Positions 1 to 6,345 of a DNA stretch of 7,140 bases are shown one piece after another; position 1 is the stretch's first letter; every line of letters starts with the position of its first letter. The notes below the pieces were generated by a model that ran no database searches, was not told where the DNA came from, and was given only the letters and a program-made list of their open reading frames with translations. Source of the DNA: an uncultured Gammaproteobacteria bacterium. GTDB lineage: Bacteria > Patescibacteriota > Patescibacteriia > UBA2591 > UBA6264. The position numbers were made by a program, and so were the translations under genes. The DNA is taken from contig CAZTWG010000029.1 in NCBI GenBank assembly GCA_964617525.1, forward strand, positions 1 through 7,140. Direction: 5' to 3'.

Positions 1-495
1 ATAATATTTTTTAATCCTTGAAACCTTTAAATAAGAAAGGGAAGAAACTAAAATCTTTTGTCCAGATTTAATAAAGATCTTATTAAATAAAATATTATAT
101 AAAGAAAAAATAAAACCTCTAATTTTGTTATCAATCAAGTCCATATGATACTGAACAATTAGTTTGGGAGAGAGAGATTTATTTAATGTTATCAATTCCC
201 CTGCTCCCGCAAAAGGCCAATGCAAATGGATGATATCAAACTCTTTTAATTTCTTTGACAATGTTGGCAAAAAAGCAGCATTGCCAAACTTAAAAAACGG
301 TTTTAAACGTTGAACCTTAAAACCGCGATAATATTCAATCAACGGTGTATTTTTCTTGTATTGAGGGGTGAAAACAACCACTTCATGCCCTAGTTTAACT
401 AACCCCTTAGCCTGCTCAAAACAAACATTACCCATCCCACCACTATATGGATGAAAAGCGCAAATAATATGAGCAATTTTTAATTTTTTTTTCAT
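1..495 (-). CDS. Glycosyltransferase family 4 (GT-B fold), N-terminal 165 codons only; the CDS continues past the left edge
   Basis: Not in the ORF track because no stop lies in the window. My translation from the ATG at 495..493 stays open to base 1, exactly 165 codons: MKKKLKIAHIICAFHPYSGGMGNVCFEQAKGLVKLGHEVVVFTPQYKKNTPLIEYYRGFKVQRLKPFFKFGNAAFLPTLSKKLKEFDIIHLHWPFAGAGE... The pattern (hydrophobic strand, xGG(M/x)G, xxLAxxLxxxGHEVxVxTP, then HxH) is the classic N-terminal Rossmann domain of GT4 enzymes (Glyco_transf_4-type). An in-frame stop at 513..511 makes 495 the first available ATG. The start lies 5 nt after the fdhF-like stop. Confidence 0.8.
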   Translation of the reverse strand, partial: MKKKLKIAHIICAFHPYSGGMGNVCFEQAKGLVKLGHEVVVFTPQYKKNTPLIEYYRGFKVQRLKPFFKFGNAAFLPTLSKKLKEFDIIHLHWPFAGAGELITLNKSLSPKLIVQYHMDLIDNKIRGFIFSLYNILFNKIFIKSGQKILVSSLSYLKVSRIKKYY

Positions 496-500
496 GCTCT

Positions 501-2420
501 TTATAATTTTTTAATCTTTACTGCCACTGATTTAAAATTAGGAGTAAATGTCTCTTCATCAAAACTTAATGGATAAAGCTTATTAACTAAAAGTTTTTCA
601 GAATGAAAGTGCGCTCCGATTAAACCCCGAGAAATCTCGGATGTAATTCTTGTCAGACCACTAACCTTTCCAACATTGCTTTCAACTCTAATTTTATCAT
701 CATCTTTAATGCCCAAAGAAAAAGCATCTTCTTTATTTAAATAAAAACATGGCTTGCCAGCAAGCTTACTTAAGGTTTTTGAATTTTTAGTTGCTTCATT
801 TGATAAAAACTGGAAATGTGAACGAAAAGTAAAGATCAAGAAAGGATACTCCTTGCTTTTAGTAGCCCCAAATCCATCAAATTCTTCTGGAATAAATTTT
901 TTAAATTTAATTTTTTTGTCTGCAAATTCATCCCCCCCGTCATATATGTTGTCTGGGTTTATTTTTTTATATGCTTTTATGGTTTTCGTAATCTCTTTAA
1001 AAATTTCTTTAGGATTTTCATATTTAAATCCTCTATTTTTCAACAAACTAGCTAACTCTTTATAAATTCTCCATTCTGGCAATGATTCCCCAATTGGTTT
1101 TCTTACTTGACTAACCAACCTTACTCTTCGTTCACCCGTAGTAATGGTCCCATGCCTTTCAATTAAAAGTGGTGTTGGCAAAATTAAATCAGCAAATTTT
1201 GAGGTTAAATTAAAATAATGATCCATTTGAATCAAAAAGATTTTCTTAAGATTCTTGTGAATTTTATTTAAATCTGGCATTGAATGAGCAGGATTAAAAC
1301 TTGATATAAAAGCCAATTTAACAGGACGAATGGCCAAAGATTCAAGAATATTTTTTCCTTTACTGTTGGGTAAACTCCCTTTAAAAAATTTCTCAAGTGC
1401 TTTATTTTGAATTTCAGAAGAAAATCCCAATGGGAGAGGATTACATTGCATATCTCCACATCCTTGAATATTAATCTCTCCCCTGCCAGAAACTATTATT
1501 CCATTTTCTAATAATACCAAGTTGTTTAAAGAATGCACATTTTCAATTGCATTCAAATGTTGAGTCAAGCCCATTCCATGCATAACCCCAAATGATTTTG
1601 AACGCATAATTAAAGAAGCAACCTCTTTAATATCTTTTTCGCTAATTCCACAAATACTAGCAACTTTTTTAGGAGAATATCTTTCAATAATATTTTTTAA
1701 CCCCTGAAAACCAGCATATTTCTCTGAATTTTTATAAAATTTATTGCTAGAAATAATTACATACATCAAAGAATTCAAAAAAGCTGTTTCACTACCTGGT
1801 AAAATTGGAATCCATAAATCTGATATTTTGGCAGTCTGAGATAGAATTGGACTTACTGTAATAATCTTGCCACCAATTTTCTTCATCTCTACAATCCTAT
1901 TAAACGCAATGGGATGATTTGATGCTGGATTTGAGCCAATGATTAGAAGACAATCTAATTCCTTGAAATCTTTAAGACCTCCAGACGAAGCTCCGATGCC
2001 AAAATTATCCTTAAAACCCATAACGGTGGCAACATGACAAAGACGAGCGCAACTATCAATATTGTTTGTTTTGGCGATCAGGCGAGCGAATTTTTGAATT
2101 ATATAATTATCTTCATTCGTAACCTTCCCTGATGTAGCAAAAAACATCTCAGAAGAAGATGTTTCTTTTATTTTTTTAACTAAAATATTTAAAGCTTTTC
2201 TCCAGCTAACTTCTTTCAAAACCCCATTAATTCTAGCCATTGGTTTCAAAATTCTGCCCTTATTTACAACCTCTTTGATTGTTAATCCCTTAATACAAGG
2301 ATGCCCCAAAGAAACTGGGTCATCTTTAACTGGCAAAACTTTTTTAATTTCCCCCTTTTCTACCGAATATTTAAGTTTACAACCATTAGCGCAGTAAATA
2401 CAAGTTGAAACAATCTCCAT
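501..2420 (-). CDS. fdhF: Molybdopterin (bis-MGD) oxidoreductase, FdhF/FdhH-like formate dehydrogenase catalytic subunit, Cys-type, cytoplasmic
   Basis: The 639-aa ORF is collinear with E. coli FdhH as I recall it. The N-terminal 4Fe-4S motif is C7-x2-C10-x3-C14...C42 followed by Lys (TCIYCANGCK...GHPCIKG versus VCPYCASGCK...GTLCLKG). The active-site block NEDNYIIQKFARLIAKTNNIDSCARLCHVATVMGF matches [35 protein letters not shown]. Cys (TGT, complement of 2037..2039) replaces SeCys140, and the FDH-diagnostic His follows it. The Arg333 equivalent is kept (SGRGEINIQGCGDM versus VRGQNNVQGACDM). A C-terminal beta-barrel Molydop_binding-like domain is present (KPCFYLNKEDAFSLGIKDDDKIRVESNVGKV...). 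There is no Tat or signal peptide. Confidence 0.85.
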   Translation of the reverse strand: MEIVSTCIYCANGCKLKYSVEKGEIKKVLPVKDDPVSLGHPCIKGLTIKEVVNKGRILKPMARINGVLKEVSWRKALNILVKKIKETSSSEMFFATSGKVTNEDNYIIQKFARLIAKTNNIDSCARLCHVATVMGFKDNFGIGASSGGLKDFKELDCLLIIGSNPASNHPIAFNRIVEMKKIGGKIITVSPILSQTAKISDLWIPILPGSETAFLNSLMYVIISSNKFYKNSEKYAGFQGLKNIIERYSPKKVASICGISEKDIKEVASLIMRSKSFGVMHGMGLTQHLNAIENVHSLNNLVLLENGIIVSGRGEINIQGCGDMQCNPLPLGFSSEIQNKALEKFFKGSLPNSKGKNILESLAIRPVKLAFISSFNPAHSMPDLNKIHKNLKKIFLIQMDHYFNLTSKFADLILPTPLLIERHGTITTGERRVRLVSQVRKPIGESLPEWRIYKELASLLKNRGFKYENPKEIFKEITKTIKAYKKINPDNIYDGGDEFADKKIKFKKFIPEEFDGFGATKSKEYPFLIFTFRSHFQFLSNEATKNSKTLSKLAGKPCFYLNKEDAFSLGIKDDDKIRVESNVGKVSGLTRITSEISRGLIGAHFHSEKLLVNKLYPLSFDEETFTPNFKSVAVKIKKL

Positions 2421-2435
2421 ATATCTACAAAATTA

Positions 2436-3017
2436 TTATTTATTTAGAATTTTTAAAACTTCGAAATCTTTTTTTAAAATACTATTCATATTTGCATTGT
2501 AAATAGCTACAGCTGGATGATAAAGTGGAATAATTTTTAATCCTTGGAACAACTTACCGCACTGAAATATGCGACCATGTATTTTGCTTATAGATTGGAT
2601 ATCTTGCTCTAATCCGAATTTTTGCATTAAAAGTTGCATAGAGTATCTTCCTAAAGTGCAAATAATCTTTGGATTTATTGCTTTAATTTGTCTCTCTAAA
2701 TATCCAAAACATGCGTTAATTTCTTCTATTTTAGGGTCACGATTTTTTGGTGGCCTGTCCTTTAAAATATTTGTTATATAAACATCTTCTCTTTTAAGAT
2801 TGATTGAATCTAAAAGCTCATCTAATACTTTCCCTGAACTTCCGCAAAATGGACGACCCGTTTTTGATTCATTGAGTCCTGGGGCTTCACCAATAAACAT
2901 TATTTTGGCTTTATGACTCCCCTGCCCTATCACTGGATAAATTCTATCTTTATATAGAGAACATTTTTGGCAAGCTAAAACTTCTTGTTTTATCTTTTTT
3001 AATATTTTCTCTTTCAT
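2436..3017 (-). CDS. Uracil-DNA glycosylase, family 4 (4Fe-4S-containing UDG)
   Basis: The 193-aa ORF has motif A GEAPG (FIGEAPGLNESKTGRPFCGSSGKVL) and motif B HPAVAIY. Four Cys residues follow the family-4 Fe-S ligand pattern: C16-x2-C19 ... C103-x16-C120. The gene ends in tandem stops TAA TAA. Confidence 0.9.
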   Translation of the reverse strand: MKEKILKKIKQEVLACQKCSLYKDRIYPVIGQGSHKAKIMFIGEAPGLNESKTGRPFCGSSGKVLDELLDSINLKREDVYITNILKDRPPKNRDPKIEEINACFGYLERQIKAINPKIICTLGRYSMQLLMQKFGLEQDIQSISKIHGRIFQCGKLFQGLKIIPLYHPAVAIYNANMNSILKKDFEVLKILNK

Positions 3018-3053
3018 AATTATTAATCATAAATATAACCACAACCATCACAC

Positions 3054-3082
3054 ATTTTAACAAAACTTAGCTCTTAAATCAA
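3054..3082 (-). promoter_or_regulatory. Candidate sigma70-type promoter for the UDG / fdhF-like / GT4 unit
   Basis: Read on the minus strand: TTGATT (3082..3077), a 17-nt spacer, then TAAAAT (3059..3054), about 36 nt upstream of the UDG ATG. It lies just downstream of the ddl terminator. Such hexamers occur by chance in AT-rich DNA, so this is tentative. Confidence 0.3.
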
Positions 3083-3120
3083 CAACAAAAAGTTTGGAGT
3101 CCTGGCCTCTCCAAACTTTT
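3080..3120 (-). terminator. Rho-independent terminator downstream of ddl, structurally bidirectional
   Basis: A perfect 12-bp inverted repeat, AAAAGTTTGGAG (3088..3099) and CTCCAAACTTTT (3109..3120), flanks a 9-nt GC-rich loop (3100..3108). On the minus strand the hairpin starts 13 nt after the ddl stop and is followed by TTTTTGTTGTTG. On the plus strand it is followed by TTTTCTATT. Confidence 0.65.
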
Positions 3121-3132
3121 CTATTAATAAGT

Positions 3133-4062
3133 TTAGGCGTATTTAATTAATTTATCTAAAAATTCTCCAAACTCCATTCCAGCGGCATTAGCTGCTTTTG
3201 GGACTAAACTTACCTTGGTCATCCCAGGGATAGTATTGATTTCTAAAAAATATAATTTATTATTTTTTGTATCCCATATAAAATCAACACGCGATAAATC
3301 TTTGCATCCGATAGCTTTAAATATCTTTATAGATAACTCCTGCGTCCTCTTACGAACATCCTCTGGGATTTTTGCTGGACAAATCTCGTTGCTACCTCCT
3401 ACCTCATATTTAGCTTTATAGTCAAACCATTTAGAAATTCTTGGTATAATCTCAATTACTGGCAAGGCTATTGGCGGATTATTGCCGAAAACTGCTACTG
3501 TTAATTCACGACCTTCTATAAATTTTTCTAAAATAATAGTTGAATCATAATTAAAACCTTTTTTAATTCCTTCTACTAATTTTCCCTTTTCTTGAACAAT
3601 CGTCATTCCGATCGAGGAACCCATTTCATTTGGCTTAATAACAATTGGCAAGGATAAAATATCAACAATTTCTTTAATGCTATAGTTATCTCCTTCTTTT
3701 AAAATAATATCAGGAGCTACTTGTAAATTGACATTACTAGCGATGAGTTTTGATTTGTGTTTATCCATAGCTAAAGCGCTAGCTGATGTTTTCGAAAAAA
3801 CATATGGCATGTTCAATATATCTAACATTCCTTGTAACTTTCCATCCTCACCAAAAGAACCATGTAAAATAGGAAACACTAAATCGAATTTCTTAGCAAA
3901 AATATCATTAATAAATTTTTGCAAATCATCTCTGGCATCATATCGCAATATTTCGTATTTATCCTTATCCAACGCTTCATAAACCGCATCAGCGGAACTA
4001 ATTGATATTTCTCGCTCATCACTACAACCACCAAACAAAAGACAAATCCTTCTTTTAGGCAT
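3133..4062 (-). CDS. ddl: D-alanine--D-alanine ligase
   Basis: The 309-aa ORF has the N-terminal signature ICLLFGGCSDEREISISSADAV (compare the canonical FGGxSxEhEVSxxS). ATP-grasp core motifs are present: HGSFGEDGKLQGMLDILNMPYV, PIVIKPNEMGSSIGM, LEKFIEGRELTVAV and LYFLEINTIPGMT. The omega-loop FDYKAKYEVGGSNEICPA keeps the Tyr typical of D-Ala-D-Ala rather than D-Ala-D-Lac ligases. Confidence 0.92.
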   Translation of the reverse strand: MPKRRICLLFGGCSDEREISISSADAVYEALDKDKYEILRYDARDDLQKFINDIFAKKFDLVFPILHGSFGEDGKLQGMLDILNMPYVFSKTSASALAMDKHKSKLIASNVNLQVAPDIILKEGDNYSIKEIVDILSLPIVIKPNEMGSSIGMTIVQEKGKLVEGIKKGFNYDSTIILEKFIEGRELTVAVFGNNPPIALPVIEIIPRISKWFDYKAKYEVGGSNEICPAKIPEDVRKRTQELSIKIFKAIGCKDLSRVDFIWDTKNNKLYFLEINTIPGMTKVSLVPKAANAAGMEFGEFLDKLIKYA

Positions 4063-4083
4063 AATTATTTTTTGTTATAAAAA

Positions 4084-4617
4084 TCATATTTTAAAAATCT
4101 TGCCATGGCCAGGATAGACCATCATTCCTGGTTTTAATAACCCTGACAACATTTTTAAAGATTCTATGAGATCTTTTTGAGAACCACCAGGAAGGTCTGT
4201 TCTGCCATAAGCATTGTAAAATAAAGTATCTCCACTCAAAACAAACTTTTCTCCTAGCAGACAAATACTCCCCTTTGTGTGTCCTGGAGTGTGGACAACC
4301 TCTAGAATGCTTTCTCCTATAGTTATCTTTTCCCTATCTTTTAAAAATTTATCTGCATTAAAATCAATAAAATCCTTTTCATTCTCATGAATCAAAATTT
4401 GAGCCCCTGTTCCCTCTTTTATTTTTTCATTAACTAAAGTGTGGTCAGAATGATAATGAGTATTGACAATATATTTAGGCTTTGCTTTTGCTTTTCTAAT
4501 TTCTTTTAAAATTTTCTCAGCCTCATCCCCTGGGTCAATAATAATAAGCTCATTATTTGAAATCAATAGATAACAATTAGTTTCTAGCGCCCCAACAATC
4601 AAATGTTTAATTTCCAT
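4084..4617 (-). CDS. MBL-fold metallo-hydrolase (glyoxalase II / YcbL-like small MBL)
   Basis: The 177-aa ORF has the metal-binding motifs in canonical order: HYHSDH (HxHxDH), HTPGHT, SGDTLF and YPGHG. The N-terminus (ETNCYLLISNNELIIIDPG) is typical of the family. The protein ends about 20 aa earlier than most relatives, 6 residues after the final His motif. Its stop codon is TGA. Confidence 0.85.
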   Translation of the reverse strand: MEIKHLIVGALETNCYLLISNNELIIIDPGDEAEKILKEIRKAKAKPKYIVNTHYHSDHTLVNEKIKEGTGAQILIHENEKDFIDFNADKFLKDREKITIGESILEVVHTPGHTKGSICLLGEKFVLSGDTLFYNAYGRTDLPGGSQKDLIESLKMLSGLLKPGMMVYPGHGKIFKI

Positions 4618-4647
4618 ACAAATTATTTCATCTATTTTATAAATATT

Positions 4648-5709
4648 CTACCAAAAAATAAAAATACGGATAATCTTCCAACAGAAACCAAAAACAGGAT
4701 TAACAATATATTTAATCAAAGGATGTTCAAACCCAGCAAAATCAAACTTTGTCTCTATTTGTTTTATAAACTCTCTGTCGCTAATTTTTCTTGTTTTTTG
4801 AATTTTTTTTCTTTTCTTCAAAATTTTTGGAACTTTAGATAAAGACGAAAAAAAGCTCTTAATTTTAGTAAAAAACCAACCATCCATTAAACTATAACCC
4901 AAAATACCTAATTCCATAAAAAACCAAAATGGAAAAAGTAAAATTAAGGTTGGTAGTTTATAGAATTTTAATAGCGAAAGCAAACGATTCCTTTCGCTCC
5001 AAAACCAACGATTCTTAGAAATAGTTTCCGTATATTTATGGTAAACAATCGCTTCAGGAACTAATTTCAATTTATATCCTAAGAACTTTGCGCGCAAACA
5101 AATATCTGTATCTTCGTGATACAGGAAATAATCTTCATCTAATAATCCAATTTTATTTAATACATTAACGTCAATAAACATCGCTGCTCCAGAAAGATAA
5201 AAAGGATTTCTATTTAACTTTTCAACAACTTCGTAACTAAACTCTCTTTTATAATCCCCCGAGTAACCAAAACCTAAAAAATGCATCTTATTGCCTGATG
5301 TTTGAATCAAATTCTTCTCGGGCCAACACATAACCAATGGCTGGCAAGCGAAAAGATTGTCAAAGGAAGAAGCTTTTTCTGCCAATTTTTCTAAACACTT
5401 TGGGTCACAAACAGTATCCTGATTTAACATAAAAATGTAATCTGGGCTATTCTTTAATGCTTCTTTAATCCCAATATTATTCCCTCCAGCAAATCCAGTA
5501 TTCTCTTTACTAACAATTAAAGTTGCTTCCCTAAAATTCTGTTCAATATATTCTACCGAATCATCTGATGAATTATTATCCAGAATAACTACTTCGCTTG
5601 GTTGAAGGGTTTGTTCTCTCAAACTTTTAAAAAGGTCAGGAAGATATTTCTTACCATTATATGAAAGAATAATTACAGCGATTTTTGTATTTTGAGCATT
5701 TTTCTTCAT
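4648..5709 (-). CDS. Glycosyltransferase family 2 (GT-A fold, WbbL/rhamnosyltransferase-like), hydrophobic C-terminal region
   Basis: The 353-aa ORF has IAVIILSYNGKKYLPDLFKSLREQT...VVILDNNSSDDS (the GT2 nucleotide-sugar binding region). It also has GFAGGNNIG, FMLNQDTV (DxD-equivalent) and YHEDTDICLRAKFLGYKL, all typical of COG1216-type GT2 enzymes. Predicted TM segments occur near LPTLILLFPFWFFMELGILGYSL and at the extreme C-terminus. Confidence 0.85.
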   Translation of the reverse strand: MKKNAQNTKIAVIILSYNGKKYLPDLFKSLREQTLQPSEVVILDNNSSDDSVEYIEQNFREATLIVSKENTGFAGGNNIGIKEALKNSPDYIFMLNQDTVCDPKCLEKLAEKASSFDNLFACQPLVMCWPEKNLIQTSGNKMHFLGFGYSGDYKREFSYEVVEKLNRNPFYLSGAAMFIDVNVLNKIGLLDEDYFLYHEDTDICLRAKFLGYKLKLVPEAIVYHKYTETISKNRWFWSERNRLLSLLKFYKLPTLILLFPFWFFMELGILGYSLMDGWFFTKIKSFFSSLSKVPKILKKRKKIQKTRKISDREFIKQIETKFDFAGFEHPLIKYIVNPVFGFCWKIIRIFIFW

Positions 5710-5719
5710 AAAATCAAAT

Positions 5720-5749
5720 ATTATACTAAAATTGACTCTGTGCTATCAT
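5720..5749 (-). promoter_or_regulatory. Candidate promoter for the GT2 / MBL / ddl unit; its -10 box sits close to the start codon
   Basis: Read on the minus strand: ATGATA (5749..5744), an 18-nt spacer, then a perfect TATAAT (5725..5720). The -10 box ends only 10 nt before the GT2 ATG (5709), which implies a very short leader of roughly 3-5 nt if it is used. It occupies the 45-nt gap after pduL. Confidence 0.35.
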
Positions 5750-5754
5750 TTTTT

Positions 5755-6333
5755 TTAAAAGTCAATTTTTCCTATTCCAATCTTTGGTATTCCTATAGCA
5801 TTCCCCTCGTCAACATCCAGATGACAGGCTAAAGAAAAATCAGGAGAAACACGCGCTAAGATTTCATAAATAGTTTCTAACTTTTCCGTAGAATCAATCT
5901 TTAATAATAATAATTGTCCGTCTTTTATATTATATTTCTTAGCAGTTAAATCATCAATATGAAGATGGCGTTGAGCAATGATGACTCCTTCTTCTAGATC
6001 TACCCAACCATGAGGGCCGATAAGTCTACATTTCTCTGATTCAGCTAAATCCCCTGAACGACGAACGGGAGGATTAATACCCAAATTATATGCGTCAGAT
6101 TTAGAAATTTCAACTTGAGTATGACTTCTAAAGGGGCCAATAATCCTAACATTTTTTAGCTGACGTCCACCAGCAAATTCGCAAACCACCTTTTCTTTTG
6201 CGGCGAATAAACCAGGTTGAGATAAATCTCTTAATTTATTTAACTCATAACTTTCTCCGAAAAGTTTTCTACAATGTTTTAGAGATAAATGGATATGCCG
6301 AGCAGATATTTCAATTTTAGTATCAAAAGACAT
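5755..6333 (-). CDS. pduL: Phosphate propanoyl/acetyl-transferase, PduL-type phosphotransacylase
   Basis: The 192-aa ORF has the duplicated PduL (PTAC) signature: ISARHIHLS...LFG...LSQPGLFAAKEKV...VRIIGPFRSHTQVEISKSDAYNLGINPPVRRSGDL, then the second repeat IIAQRHLHI...ACHLDVDEGNA. The conserved core begins at residue 8, so there is no N-terminal extension. Confidence 0.85.
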   Translation of the reverse strand: MSFDTKIEISARHIHLSLKHCRKLFGESYELNKLRDLSQPGLFAAKEKVVCEFAGGRQLKNVRIIGPFRSHTQVEISKSDAYNLGINPPVRRSGDLAESEKCRLIGPHGWVDLEEGVIIAQRHLHIDDLTAKKYNIKDGQLLLLKIDSTEKLETIYEILARVSPDFSLACHLDVDEGNAIGIPKIGIGKIDF

Positions 6334-6345
6334 ATTTAATAAAAA

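Noticed and set aside
754-1065. Plus-strand ORFs antisense to the annotated genes (754..1065, 2569..2781, 3215..3421, 3728..3982, 4603..4842), plus the out-of-frame minus-strand ORF 1268..1459 nested in the fdhF-like gene.
   Set aside because: Each lies wholly or largely inside a CDS whose translation shows strong, full-length family motifs. Their translations are low-complexity (F/L/I/S/N-rich) with no recognisable motifs. Such shadow ORFs are expected in AT-rich DNA opposite real genes.
2034-2039. Possible selenocysteine (TGA recoding plus SECIS) at the formate dehydrogenase active site.
   Set aside because: The codon aligned with E. coli FdhH SeCys140 is TGT (Cys, complement of 2037..2039), followed by CAT (His). 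The ORF has no in-frame TGA, so this is a Cys-type enzyme and no SECIS is needed.
2041-2095. A short direct repeat, CGAGCG...CGAGCG, within the fdhF-like gene.
   Set aside because: It reflects two Ala-Arg-Leu tripeptides in the conserved block (FARLIAK...SCARLCH), which is codon-level coincidence and not a structural repeat.
3023-3055. A 10-codon upstream mini-ORF (MCDGCGYIYD, with a CxxC pair) ending 5 nt before the UDG start codon.
   Set aside because: It is too short to support and has no SD. Its ATG overlaps the -10 hexamer of the only plausible promoter, so it would probably not be transcribed from that promoter. Nothing distinguishes it from chance.
4075-4086. Alternative genetic code (UGA as Gly or Trp, as in some candidate-phylum bacteria and mollicutes).
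   Set aside because: All seven full or partial CDS are intact and full-length relative to their families under the standard code, with no in-frame TGA across roughly 2,200 codons. The MBL gene ends in TGA at a plausible C-terminus, and read-through would add only 3 codons before a TAA. Code 11 fits.
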